IMG/VR virus record: IMGVR_UViG_3300028886_000029
Location: 174,007 to 238,006 of that record
Direction: 5' to 3' (one strand)
Length of the DNA: 64,000 bases
Origin: a virus
Taxonomy: Duplodnaviria; Heunggongvirae; Uroviricota; Caudoviricetes
Under the pieces are notes generated by a model. That model saw only the letters and a program-made list of their open reading frames with translations. It made no database searches and was not told where the DNA came from. The position numbers and the translations under genes were made by a program. Below, piece after piece: positions 50,701 to 60,076 of the stretch. Positions within the stretch are counted from its first letter, which is position 1. Each line of letters begins with the position of its first letter.

Positions 50701-51163
50701 TGAGCAAGAAGCGACTCTTTGTTCTGGACAACCAACCAAGGAAGGTGACCAAGATACATATGAGGCACTTATGACGATGGAAGACAAGGAAATCAGATTT
50801 TGGATGGCACATCCTGAGTGGGAAATACCTTATCTTAAGGAATGTGGTATGGATTGGGAAAAAATAAAATCTGACTACATTGAAAGAACGGAAAAAGAAA
50901 GACAGTTGGGTATTGATAAAATCAGACAAGCGTTTAATGAAGCGGTACTGAATATCACACCTGAAGAGTATGATAAAATTGAGGAAGGTAAATTGCCACC
51001 TGCGATAGACAAAATCGCTGTCATTGACCCCCTCACCTTCAATTTTATGTCAAAAGATTATCCTGATGTGATTCTTGGTACAATATATGATGTGATGGAA
51101 GGAAAAGATTTCAGACATGATTCCCAAGTTACTAATATTGAGTTTTCCACTGAAAACGAATAA
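47726..51163 (+). CDS. Family B DNA polymerase with 3'-5' exonuclease
   Basis: FDLETEG, HNGENFD, DYNSLYPS, KVFCNSYFG, VGDTDG, RKNY. Confidence 0.95.
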   Translation: MEQNFKRTEITDEVIETFLNGHDPQERIVNIEYSSKDDFVKVFYRNEEDKKCMSMQPFYPFVWARLETCLSLCDGNRKQLKLLMNQYGIEVKSLNIVGKDGNEIPEMKNGYRYLFRATRPMTYHTFQDFFKKCGFPIYSDNDKTQPKVEKPFLTVTPQEQYLIATGKRFFKGYDDYNQILKITFDLETEGLDPTKHRIKLIGVKVNRPFTYHGKKYENFERIYRLEGETEKEKNASELKIIDTFLRIIYSFKPDVITAHNGENFDWSFIIERCNQLGTSIDDMSKPYFNGKTIYKNPKETILKLGGEVETFHQTIVPGTIITDSLHAVRRAQATDSNFKEANLKYSAKYLEVVKPNRVYVPGDIIDKTLIDDTPTYAFNNTDGKWYKITDDKPLQEGYEIVTGKYIVERYLFDDLQECNDVELTLNQSAFSICKLLPLSFQKCCTMGTAGQWKSLMMAWSYENGLAIPFAENTGKFTGGLSRLLKVGFSGKQGLVKLDYNSLYPSIILTWAIEDEKDISGVTLKFLNYMLTSREAYKKEKKNSDIIVSKYETKMNNGEKLTPEENNEYHKALADFAKYDKLQSVRKVFCNSYFGSLSSNNASVYPWKSLKCGERTTCTGRQALRLMIGHFSNISTFNGGNYSKDYNYEPIVGDTDGFNFELPLKFRYTEDNPYISPGLSRETKKGKKYVGFEADLAEFNDIFMKDFHYAPNACNKMGCGLDERISSSLNLSRKNYCDYFPEKPYPKDIKYVGNSIKSKKMSIFIEKFINDGVRLLVQNKGKEFLDAYYVYIEKIYNYQIPLKDIASKGKVKKSIPDYIADCNTLTKAGSKKSRQAWMELAIKNNLKVDLGETLYYINTGTKKTHSDVKRVTHYNIINENNEIKDIKNQLDKEWKKAEDGKNGEKKKLKFDEWVKKHYPQVKVEDEIILCAELLPREIVESEKDYFCEEGKEYNVEKYIEQFNKRITPLLVCFDKSIRDKILVTKPSDRQYFTEQEATLCSGQPTKEGDQDTYEALMTMEDKEIRFWMAHPEWEIPYLKECGMDWEKIKSDYIERTEKERQLGIDKIRQAFNEAVLNITPEEYDKIEEGKLPPAIDKIAVIDPLTFNFMSKDYPDVILGTIYDVMEGKDFRHDSQVTNIEFSTENE

Positions 51164-51196
51164 CAAAAATTAAGGGATATTTTCATAAATTACAAT

Positions 51197-51230
51197 AAAA
51201 AAGAAGTAGGATTTCCTACTTCTTTTTTTT
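51197..51230. terminator. Bidirectional terminator
   Basis: AAAAAAGAAGTAGG-ATTT-CCTACTTCTTTTTT. Confidence 0.8.
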
Positions 51231-51842
51231 GTCTCTTATATTTCCGTCAAATTCAAGTTGTGCGGTAAATATATTTCCCTTATTATCCACTAATTTAATT
51301 TTTCCTTCCGAAAGTCCGATTTGTCTTAATGTAGCGTTTTCATTTAACGGTTGTTTCGCCAATTCTTCTCTTATACATTCGGAGATAATATATTTAAGAT
51401 AATTGTAATCAATACCTGTGTTGTTGGTTGGCTGATATGACCGTTGTTCGGTAATCACCTGTTTTTGTTTTGTCAAATCAGTGAATGAGGGTGTTGTTTG
51501 GGGTGTTTGTGTGGTATAATTAGTAACCATTTCTTTAAGCGGGTCTGACGCTGTTATGGGATGGTTAATCAAACTTTGCTTAATTGCGTCAGGTAGTTTA
51601 CTATTTGCCACCCTTTCAGGATTAAAACTCTCATACATTTGTGTTTGAGGCACAGGAGACTCACTGGACAAAGAGAAGTTGTCCCATTCATCTGAATATG
51701 TGTTAGGGTCAACATCAACCATGTTAACACCACTTCTTTTGTTTTTTTCCATTGTTTTCATAACACCCTGTGCGTTTTCATTACAAAGTGTTTGACTGTT
51801 ATATTTGACAATACTTGCTAATTTTTCCGGTGAAAGTGCCAT
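51216..51842 (-). CDS. Hypothetical protein, possibly virion-associated
   Basis: NSKLPDAIKQS..PI; IDYNYLKYIISECIREEL..LNE leader-like motif. Confidence 0.6.
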   Translation of the reverse strand: MALSPEKLASIVKYNSQTLCNENAQGVMKTMEKNKRSGVNMVDVDPNTYSDEWDNFSLSSESPVPQTQMYESFNPERVANSKLPDAIKQSLINHPITASDPLKEMVTNYTTQTPQTTPSFTDLTKQKQVITEQRSYQPTNNTGIDYNYLKYIISECIREELAKQPLNENATLRQIGLSEGKIKLVDNKGNIFTAQLEFDGNIRDKKKK

Positions 51843-52759
51843 TATTCCTCATTTTTTCCTAAATTATTCATTCTGTTTGTCATATCCTTAAACGACCTTG
51901 TTAAGTCATTGTCTTGCACATTCTCAACATCGTCCTTAGTAATCGGTTTGTCTGTTGGCGCATTGACACTTGTCGTTTGCTGTGGTAAGCTTGTATTCAC
52001 ACCCTTCACATCTGTTTTCTCAATTGGTTTAGTGTCAGGTGCTGACAAAAGGTTGTTATTATTTAAATTAACATTAGTGTTCACATTGTCAACATTATTT
52101 TGTTGTCTTGTGAATAAATTTTTCATTGTTTGAACGGGTTTACTATTTTTAAGACGACTAATAATATTATCAATAACCTGTCTTGCCGTGTATTTTTGTT
52201 TGGGTTGTTGTGATGTTGTGTCCTGTTGAGGTATGCTAATGCCCTCCACATCAGCCTTGGTTATTGGTTTGTCATCAATTTCAACTTCCTTATTGTTAGA
52301 CATTTGTTTATCCTGATACTTTTGCTGCCTGTTGATTTGTTTGGCGTTACCGATAGGAGCGATATTATAAACAACTGACATTGAATCATCACCACCCTCA
52401 TTAAACGCCTCAAGGTTTTCACCGTCAAATGTTTGTGTTTTGTCCATGTACCAAGATTTTATTCTGTCAACCCTAAAATATTTCCATTTGGGATATTCCC
52501 TATCGTTTGGTGGTGTGGTAAGACCCCTTCTACTGTCCCCTTTTTCCTGATAAGCCCTGATGACAGGATTACCTGCCGATGTGAGACCATAAGCGACAGG
52601 ATAGATAAGTCTCCAATTCTTACCCTTCCCATCGGTTTTTCCGTCATCATAGGATATAGTTACAGGGTGCATCCCATTGATTGCCTTGTTAATCTTTGTG
52701 TTGGACACACTCTCAGTGAGCATTAAAGTCTCATTACATATTTCCTCAAATAATGTCAT
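51842..52759 (-). CDS. WYL-domain protein with a low-complexity repeat tail
   Basis: VTISY..RLIYPVAYG..IRAY..WKYFRVDRI; three KPI.K.DV repeats. Confidence 0.8.
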   Translation of the reverse strand: MTLFEEICNETLMLTESVSNTKINKAINGMHPVTISYDDGKTDGKGKNWRLIYPVAYGLTSAGNPVIRAYQEKGDSRRGLTTPPNDREYPKWKYFRVDRIKSWYMDKTQTFDGENLEAFNEGGDDSMSVVYNIAPIGNAKQINRQQKYQDKQMSNNKEVEIDDKPITKADVEGISIPQQDTTSQQPKQKYTARQVIDNIISRLKNSKPVQTMKNLFTRQQNNVDNVNTNVNLNNNNLLSAPDTKPIEKTDVKGVNTSLPQQTTSVNAPTDKPITKDDVENVQDNDLTRSFKDMTNRMNNLGKNEE

Positions 52760-53145
52760 TACTTAATAACAATTTGTCCGTCCTCAACATTTGCGGTGGT
52801 GTCAACTGAGTTGATACCATATGAATTAGATTCATTATAAATATTGATTGTACTTAAAAATTCTCTACCACCAACGCCGTTTCTACCATGAATATCGTAT
52901 GAACCACCGATGTTTTCAGCTTTTGTGTCGAAATTCGAATAATCCATCATACCTTTGGGAAGGTCACAGTTAGGGACACTGTGGGTGTGACCACCATGAC
53001 CTGACCCTTTACCTTGTGGGTCACCATCGCTTATAGCGTCCTTATGTATTGCGGAATATTCATCAAATCTTGTATAATCATTTCTTACTAATTCCTCTTG
53101 TCTCCTTTGGAGACCGGTTTTCTCAAGACATGTTTGTTTTCCCAT
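52759..53145 (-). CDS. Hypothetical Gly/His-rich protein
   Basis: H.DAISDGD.QGKGSGHGGHTH; tiled in the late operon. Confidence 0.6.
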   Translation of the reverse strand: MGKQTCLEKTGLQRRQEELVRNDYTRFDEYSAIHKDAISDGDPQGKGSGHGGHTHSVPNCDLPKGMMDYSNFDTKAENIGGSYDIHGRNGVGGREFLSTINIYNESNSYGINSVDTTANVEDGQIVIK

Positions 53146-53150
53146 AATAT

Positions 53151-54317
53151 TTATTGTTTTTTATAATCATTTTTTATTTTGTTTCTTAATTGTTCCTTGG
53201 ACGAATTGTCCCAATCTTTATAAAAGGGATTTCTGAAAGCCAAATCCTCAGCGTCTTTAGATTTCCACCTGTAATAGTTATTGTGTTTACCACTGTAAGG
53301 ATTGTTTTTTTCTCTTTCTTGTTTCTTATCCCAAGTGTCTTTGAAAGTATTAGGTTCATTTAACCGTCCTTGGTTCAAATGAGCGTTTCTTACAAAAACA
53401 AGGAGATAACTTCCATCTTGTAATTCAATACTATCAATATCATCACCAGGAATATAACCGAACTTCTTGTTTTGTTTAATGTCACGGATAGTGTTGTCAA
53501 TGTTTGAATATGTCACAACACCGATAACATCATCATCAGTTACATTATGTAAATCAGCATTGGCCATTCTGAAATCCTTATGCATCCAATTATATTCTTT
53601 ATGGAATCCACCATGTTGTTTAACCAAATCAAACAGTTTTTTAGACTTAATGGATTTGGACTCATTCATTTTTGACTCTTGGTAAACAATAACTTGTTTG
53701 TTTCCATTATTATCAAGACTCATGGTGTTTTTGGTGTACCCTGCTTTTTGATAAACATTTTGCTCACCCCTATCATGCGCTGATTTTTTTATGTTGGCAT
53801 CATTCGCCATGGCGTTATTATACTGACTCTCAATGTCCCTTATATTGGGATTGTTTTTTTCCATTGTTCTCATTGTGGACAGACCTTGTTGTCTGATTGT
53901 GGGGTCAGCACTTTGGGACTTTTTTTTTGCGGCGGCATATCTTGATTTTAATGTTGAGGCGTTGTTGTTTGTCACTCTGTTCTTATCATCACCATATGTC
54001 CTGTTCACAAGGTTTTGATTGTCTTCAGACAAGTTTCTTTGTTTCCAATCAGATTTTTTTGATTCCATATATATTGGCAAATTATAATTGGTTCCTCTAC
54101 TTACACCATAATAACCACCTGTGTCCCTTCTCATCATGTTACTGACTTTATCTGACGGTGTGGCCTCAGTGTCTTTATCCTCATATTTATCACCAGCATA
54201 AACACTGTTGGCCGCATCTTGCTTGAAATCAGAATTACTGATATTATCAAGATAAGAAGAATCACCACCAACAATCTCATCCAATTGCTTTTGTGTTATA
54301 ATAATTTTTCTTGACAT
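53151..54317 (-). CDS. Putative head-internal protein
   Basis: Leader KIIITQKQLDEI; internal LSE/MNE sites; TATTTAT at 54340-54346. Confidence 0.55.
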   Translation of the reverse strand: MSRKIIITQKQLDEIVGGDSSYLDNISNSDFKQDAANSVYAGDKYEDKDTEATPSDKVSNMMRRDTGGYYGVSRGTNYNLPIYMESKKSDWKQRNLSEDNQNLVNRTYGDDKNRVTNNNASTLKSRYAAAKKKSQSADPTIRQQGLSTMRTMEKNNPNIRDIESQYNNAMANDANIKKSAHDRGEQNVYQKAGYTKNTMSLDNNGNKQVIVYQESKMNESKSIKSKKLFDLVKQHGGFHKEYNWMHKDFRMANADLHNVTDDDVIGVVTYSNIDNTIRDIKQNKKFGYIPGDDIDSIELQDGSYLLVFVRNAHLNQGRLNEPNTFKDTWDKKQEREKNNPYSGKHNNYYRWKSKDAEDLAFRNPFYKDWDNSSKEQLRNKIKNDYKKQ

Positions 54318-54447
54318 AGTTATATAATTTTCCTATATAATAAATATCTTAAATATTGAAAATAATCAAAAAATAAAATTGACTTTGAGACGAATCTGTT
54401 TTATTTTTTTATAAAATCAGAAAAAATAATTTTTTAAACAATATTAT

Positions 54448-55695
54448 ATGAGCGAAAAAATTAAAATACTTGTTGTGCCATCCGATAGTTTCGGTGTGGG
54501 TCATTGGAGGTCAATATGGCCACATACTAAACTACAGGACTTGTACGGTGACGATTTTGATATTGAGATTAACATGAATCCCAATTGGTCTGACTTACCG
54601 TCATTTGATAAATACGACATTATTCATTTCCATAAGGGTGTTTACCAAAATATGGATGAATTTAGAACTGCTTTGAAATATTTTAAGGAACATAATATCA
54701 CAACAATAATGGACATTGATGATTATTGGGATGTGGGACAATTTCACCCCCTGTTTTACAGTAGTAGGGCAATGAATTTGCCTGAAAAAATAACAGGTAA
54801 CTTTCCTTTGGTTGATTATGTCACAACAACAACGGAAATCTTCGCTGATAAAATTAAGAAATTTAACAAAAATGTGGTTGTCTATCCCAACGCAATTGAC
54901 ACAAACCAAGAACAGTTCAAACCAATTAAAAACCCTTCTGATAGAATAAGGTTCGGTTTTGTTATGGGGTCATCGCATAAAAGGGACATGGAACAGTTTC
55001 AAGGTGTTATATCATGTCTTGGAAAAGATATCTTAGACAAAATACAAATTGTTCTATGCGGCTATGATTTGAAAGGTAGCACAACAATTATCGGAAAAAA
55101 TGGTGAGGTTGTGGGAACAAGACCCATCAAGCCGACAGAAAGTGTTTGGTTTGAATATGAAAGAAATGTCACTAATAATTACAAAATTGTCTCACCTGAA
55201 TATAAGGACTTCTTGTTTAAGTTCTTACCTGAGGCACAATGGCCTAATGTTGCTAATGAACCATATAGAAGAGAGTGGACAAAAGACCTTAACAGTTTTG
55301 GTAAACACTACCGCAATATAGATGTGCTTTTGGTGCCTCTTGAAACAAACCAATTCAGTGAGGTTAAATCTGAGTTGAAATTTGTTGAAGCAGGTTTTAC
55401 TAAAACAGCGGTTGTCGCTACAAATTTTGGTCCTTACACAATCGGTAGTAAAAGTATTTTCAAGAAAGGTGGTGGTCTTGATGAGACAGGTAACTGTATA
55501 CTTATTGACCCAGCTAAAAAACACAAGGGTTGGGCTAATGCCATTAAATGGCTTACTAACCATCCTGAATATATAACACTACTTCAAAATAACATGTACG
55601 AACATGTGAAAGACCAATATAATCTTGAAACGCAAACGAAGAGAAGGGCTGAATGGTATAAAGAAATAAGAAAAAGAAATGATGTAAATGAGTAA
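54448..55695 (+). CDS. Glycosyltransferase (GT-B, GT4-like)
   Basis: GVGHWR..P; DIDDYW; PNAID; LVPL..F..KSELKFVEAG. Confidence 0.8.
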   Translation: MSEKIKILVVPSDSFGVGHWRSIWPHTKLQDLYGDDFDIEINMNPNWSDLPSFDKYDIIHFHKGVYQNMDEFRTALKYFKEHNITTIMDIDDYWDVGQFHPLFYSSRAMNLPEKITGNFPLVDYVTTTTEIFADKIKKFNKNVVVYPNAIDTNQEQFKPIKNPSDRIRFGFVMGSSHKRDMEQFQGVISCLGKDILDKIQIVLCGYDLKGSTTIIGKNGEVVGTRPIKPTESVWFEYERNVTNNYKIVSPEYKDFLFKFLPEAQWPNVANEPYRREWTKDLNSFGKHYRNIDVLLVPLETNQFSEVKSELKFVEAGFTKTAVVATNFGPYTIGSKSIFKKGGGLDETGNCILIDPAKKHKGWANAIKWLTNHPEYITLLQNNMYEHVKDQYNLETQTKRRAEWYKEIRKRNDVNE

Positions 55696-55855
55696 AAATT
55701 TATATAAAGATTACTACGAGACAATGAATCGTGATGACGAATGGTCAAAAGTGGATGAAGACAACATAAGAAAGAAAATAAAAGAAAAAGAATATGTGTC
55801 TTCTTTTAATGAATGTGATGTGGAACATATTTCTTGGGAAGGAATGGGAAACTAA
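55688..55855 (+). CDS. Small hypothetical protein (55 aa)
   Basis: MSKNLYKDYYETMNRDDEW...; overlaps the GT stop and is followed by a hairpin near 55858-55890. Confidence 0.55.
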   Translation: MSKNLYKDYYETMNRDDEWSKVDEDNIRKKIKEKEYVSSFNECDVEHISWEGMGN

Positions 55856-55970
55856 AAGAAGAGAGAGGTAATCATTTATCTCTCTTTTTATTTTGAATAA
55901 TCATGCCATTTTTTTTTTCTAAAATTATTGACAATTTTTTTTCTCTTTTTTATCTTAAAAAGAAAAAAAT

Positions 55971-56249
55971 ATGGAACAGAAACAGGTGAATACCAAAGGA
56001 AAAAATACCAAAAGTGGGGTTAAGTATTTAAGTTTACATGAACTTATAGATTGCATAAAGGCATGTGATTTAATTATTGACAGGACAGTTAAAAGTGCTG
56101 ATTCATATAGGGGTGTGCCGACACAGTTTATGAGTGACACTGAAAAAGAAGAGTATGAAATACTCAATAAAAAGTACAAAGAGTACATTGATGTTGAGAA
56201 CAAGATACTTGGAATAATTGAAAAGAAAATTAAGGAATTAGATGTTTAA
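55971..56249 (+). CDS. Hypothetical protein
   Basis: 92 aa; first gene of a tiled operon. Confidence 0.6.
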   Translation: MEQKQVNTKGKNTKSGVKYLSLHELIDCIKACDLIIDRTVKSADSYRGVPTQFMSDTEKEEYEILNKKYKEYIDVENKILGIIEKKIKELDV

Positions 56250-57231
56250 AAAATTAATATTAAACACTAAAGTGTTTTTCCACGGTTTATTCCATGGACT
56301 TAAAGGTGCTGATGAGGTTATATCACAATCAGCGTCTTACGGTAGTAGTGACACAGAAATTTCCCAAGAGCAAGAGACACACACTGCCGTACAAGACATG
56401 TTAAGGGGTGAGGAAACGCAAAGGGTACAGGAACTGAGATATGAGTATTACAAAACCTTAATAGAATCAAAAAATTACCATGTTGACATAACAGGTGGTT
56501 TTGATGACAGTGACAGCACCCCATTAAAGGCTGTGGCAAGGAAAAAGACTGCTCTTGATTTTACGCTTAAAATTGATGTATATAATCCGGAAAAATTACC
56601 GATAAGAGTTATACAAGACAACAAACTGATTCCAAAGCATAATAATTTTGTTCCTGAAGACTTTTACAAATATGGTAATGACGATTATGTGTCACTTTTT
56701 AACTTTGAGAGAGACAATTTTATTCCGAGATTTAAATTGGAAAACTATATCAACAAAATTGTTGTGAGGAACAACGGTGAAAAGGTTTATCTTGATTTGT
56801 ATACCACAATGTACGCAAGTCAATTTGGTAAAGTGGACGCTATTTTTATTGCAAATCTCAATGAATTGAAAAAGACCGGTAATAAAAAGTCGGACATAAC
56901 AACATTAAAAGAGATTTCTTTCATTACAGATAAAGCCCATGGTGAAAATGACTTATGTGAATTTAAATTTCAAAATATAGAATATAAAGGCATATATGCG
57001 TTTGACGGTAATTTTGTTTTGACTTTTGAGGCTGACATGGTTTCTGACGGAATAAGTGTTATTGAAAAATATAAGACCAAAGAAATTGATGAGAAAATAA
57101 AAACAAAAGCGGTTAGAGACAATGCTAAGAAAAACGGTATTGACATTTTTGCGTTAAAAAGAGATATTGATAAAAAAGAGGAAAATGAATTGTCAACACA
57201 GACTTTTTCGTTAAATAAAAAAGAAAATTAA
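56242..57231 (+). CDS. Hypothetical protein
   Basis: 329 aa; no motif recognised. Confidence 0.65.
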   Translation: MFKKLILNTKVFFHGLFHGLKGADEVISQSASYGSSDTEISQEQETHTAVQDMLRGEETQRVQELRYEYYKTLIESKNYHVDITGGFDDSDSTPLKAVARKKTALDFTLKIDVYNPEKLPIRVIQDNKLIPKHNNFVPEDFYKYGNDDYVSLFNFERDNFIPRFKLENYINKIVVRNNGEKVYLDLYTTMYASQFGKVDAIFIANLNELKKTGNKKSDITTLKEISFITDKAHGENDLCEFKFQNIEYKGIYAFDGNFVLTFEADMVSDGISVIEKYKTKEIDEKIKTKAVRDNAKKNGIDIFALKRDIDKKEENELSTQTFSLNKKEN

Positions 57232-57236
57232 ATACA

Positions 57237-57836
57237 ATGAGAATCGCGATAGATTTAAACGATGTGGTCAGGGACTACACCAATAATTTTTTAAAAGAAT
57301 ACTTATTGAACTACAATAGGGAATACGATACAGAAAACTTGTCAATATGGACAAATGATATGGAAAGTGTATTACCTTTCAAAACACAAAAGGCGTATCA
57401 AAAATTTGTATATGAAGATTTTGCTTGGGAATTATATGGTAAATGTGATACCTGTACAAAAAATCTTCCTGTTGAGTTAAATACTTGGCTTCATGATTTA
57501 AAAGAAAATGAAAGTGATACACCAATTGATGTGATTTTTGTATCACCGTTCGAATATGGGGCAACCATTGGTTACACATATTTTTTCATATCAAAACTAA
57601 ACTGTGGTGTGAGAGAAGTGTTTTTACCTGTGGATTCATTAACAATATGGGACAGATGTGACATGCTCATAACAGCAAACCCAAATTTGATTAAGAGTTG
57701 TCCGAAAGGAAAAACCGTTATAAAAATCAAAGCGGAATACAATCAGGATGTTGAGACTAAATATGAGTTCAAGACATTATCCGGTTTACTTAAAGAAAAT
57801 AACATTTTAAAAATTATAGAAAATGAATCAGTTTAA
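57237..57836 (+). CDS. HAD-fold 5'(3')-deoxyribonucleotidase-like protein (degenerate motifs)
   Basis: MRIAIDLNDVVRD; CDMLITANP; YN near the C-terminus. Confidence 0.65.
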   Translation: MRIAIDLNDVVRDYTNNFLKEYLLNYNREYDTENLSIWTNDMESVLPFKTQKAYQKFVYEDFAWELYGKCDTCTKNLPVELNTWLHDLKENESDTPIDVIFVSPFEYGATIGYTYFFISKLNCGVREVFLPVDSLTIWDRCDMLITANPNLIKSCPKGKTVIKIKAEYNQDVETKYEFKTLSGLLKENNILKIIENESV

Positions 57837-58182
57837 AAATGATTATGTTGTTGTGATTAACAAGAAACCCTATTGTTTTGATTTGGAGAAGGTGAAGGAA
57901 ATTTGTTTTATTAGTGGGAAAGAGCAATTAACTGACACTAAAATCACGGATGTCTCATCGTTAGACGACGAGGAAAACAATGGGACTTTTGTCACACAAA
58001 AGGTTGTGGAGGAGAACAAATACAGTAACACACAGGTGGATGTATTAATGCAAGACATTGTGAAAAGTTTTATACTTAAACTATTGGATATGCCTGATGC
58101 TATTGGTGATGATATGGATTTTTCGTCTGCATTGGCTTTTAACACTTGTTTGAATTGTGGAATAATTAAAGAAATTGTATAG
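57823..58182 (+). CDS. Hypothetical protein
   Basis: 119 aa, tiled in the operon. Confidence 0.6.
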   Translation: MNQFKNDYVVVINKKPYCFDLEKVKEICFISGKEQLTDTKITDVSSLDDEENNGTFVTQKVVEENKYSNTQVDVLMQDIVKSFILKLLDMPDAIGDDMDFSSALAFNTCLNCGIIKEIV

Positions 58183-58187
58183 GACAT

Positions 58188-59294
58188 ATGGCTGAATTAA
58201 AAAAAGAAGATATGATAAAAACCATTGAGGAAAGTATTGAAAAAATAAAGAGCAAAGATTTTAATGTTTTCTTTTATGTACTTGATACTAAAGGTAATCC
58301 ATCAGGTTCGTTGGAATACATTTATCAAACCGCATATACATTAAAGGAAATGGGTTACAATGTAACAATGTTACATAATGAGAAAGATGAGTTTATTGGT
58401 GTTGGTGAATGGCTTGGTGAAAAATATAATGAATTGCCACACAAAAATGTTGAGAAGGAAAATGTTGAAATTTCAGCAAGTGATTTCCTTTTCATTCCCG
58501 AAATTTTCGCTACAACAGTTATGGGTAGTGTGAAAAAACTCCCTTGTGAAAAAATAGCGATTGTACAAAATTACAATAATTTACCTGAGTTTATGCCAAT
58601 ATCCACAGATTTTCTTGGTATGAAAGTATATAATGCGATTACCACATCAAAGGTACAGGAGGAAAAATTAAATGAGTATTTCCCTGGTTTAAAAACACAT
58701 GTGGTGAGACCGTCAATCAGACCTGTTTTCAGGGATAGTGATAAACCAAGGAAACTGATTGTTAATGTAATTGCAAGAAACCAAGAGGATGTTTATAGGG
58801 TTATGAAACCGTTCTATTGGAAATATCCAATTTATAAGTGGGTATCTTTTAGGGAACTAAGAGGTCTTGACCAAGAAACTTTAAGTGATGCTTTAAGGGA
58901 AACACCTTTCACGGTATGGATTGATGAAAACACTAATTTCGGATATACTGCACTTGAAGCCATGAGGTGTGGAAGTATTCTTATTGCAAAGACACCCAAA
59001 ACATTCAGTGATTGGAACATTGAAAAAGACAAGAACGGTAACGAGCATTTGACTGACGCTTGTATTTGGTTTGACCACATTGATGATTTGCCTGATATGC
59101 TTGCAAGTATTATACGAAGTTGGACTTTGGATAGGATACCTAATGAAATTTACACTAACATACATAAATTAGATAACCAATATACACAGGAGACTCAAAG
59201 AAAAGAAATTGAGCATGTATATGGAAATATTTTCCAAAAAAGAGTCAGTGATTTTGAGGAGGCTCTTTCACAAATAAAAACAAAAAATGAATAA
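58188..59294 (+). CDS. Glycosyltransferase-like protein (GT-B)
   Basis: PSGS..IY..A..L..GYNV; DFLFIPE; FGYTALEAMRCG. Confidence 0.75.
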   Translation: MAELKKEDMIKTIEESIEKIKSKDFNVFFYVLDTKGNPSGSLEYIYQTAYTLKEMGYNVTMLHNEKDEFIGVGEWLGEKYNELPHKNVEKENVEISASDFLFIPEIFATTVMGSVKKLPCEKIAIVQNYNNLPEFMPISTDFLGMKVYNAITTSKVQEEKLNEYFPGLKTHVVRPSIRPVFRDSDKPRKLIVNVIARNQEDVYRVMKPFYWKYPIYKWVSFRELRGLDQETLSDALRETPFTVWIDENTNFGYTALEAMRCGSILIAKTPKTFSDWNIEKDKNGNEHLTDACIWFDHIDDLPDMLASIIRSWTLDRIPNEIYTNIHKLDNQYTQETQRKEIEHVYGNIFQKRVSDFEEALSQIKTKNE

Positions 59295-59296
59295 AA

Positions 59297-60076
59297 ATGA
59301 AAGACTTAACAGTTATTATACCTTTAAAAGATTATAGTGATGAAACAAAGAAAATGTTATCAACAGCGATTGATAGCGTTAAAAAGGCCGCTGGTACTGA
59401 CACTGAATTACTATTTGTGTCAACCGATGATATAATTGAGTCAGTTAAAAAAGATTATTCTGAAGACAATATGACTTATTTGGGTGTCAAAAAACTTGAT
59501 TTCTGCACACAAATTAACAAGGCGGTTGAAAAATGTAAGACATATTTTTCAATTTTGGAGTTTGATGATGTATACACACCCAATTGGTTTAAAAACTTTG
59601 AGGAATATAAGGAAACGGACAAAGATATTTCAGTCTTTTTGCCACTTACCGAAATCGTTATGTACGATAAACCTGAAGACGGTGCGATAGGTTATGTTAA
59701 TGAAGCTGTTTGGGCGACATCCTTCTCTGAGAATTTGGGGTATCTTGACAATGAATCACTAATGTCGTACATGAACTTCAACACTACTGGTGGTATTTTT
59801 AAGACTGAGGATTTTGTGAGTGTCGGTAAACTCAAACCGTCAATTAAGTTAACATTTTGGTATGAGTTTTTGTTAAGATGTATTCATAACGGTAAAAAGG
59901 TTTTTGTTATTCCTAAAGTTGGCTACCAGCATATGCTTAACAGACCTGGTTCTATTTCTGATGTATATAACACGACACTCAAACCAGAAGAGGCTGATTT
60001 TTGGATTGATTTAGCCCAAAAGGACTATTTCTTCAACAAAGAAAGGGATAAATCACATTATAAGTACGAAGAATAA
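59297..60076 (+). CDS. Glycosyltransferase (GT-A, GT2-like)
   Basis: LTVIIP..AIDSV..IN.AV..YFSILEFDD..VG..EF.LR..IPK..Y.H. Confidence 0.75.
   Translation: MKDLTVIIPLKDYSDETKKMLSTAIDSVKKAAGTDTELLFVSTDDIIESVKKDYSEDNMTYLGVKKLDFCTQINKAVEKCKTYFSILEFDDVYTPNWFKNFEEYKETDKDISVFLPLTEIVMYDKPEDGAIGYVNEAVWATSFSENLGYLDNESLMSYMNFNTTGGIFKTEDFVSVGKLKPSIKLTFWYEFLLRCIHNGKKVFVIPKVGYQHMLNRPGSISDVYNTTLKPEEADFWIDLAQKDYFFNKERDKSHYKYEE

Noticed and set aside
47726-51163. Intein or intron in the DNA polymerase
   Set aside because: The ORF is continuous, with no C...HN splice motifs or LAGLIDADG blocks recognised.
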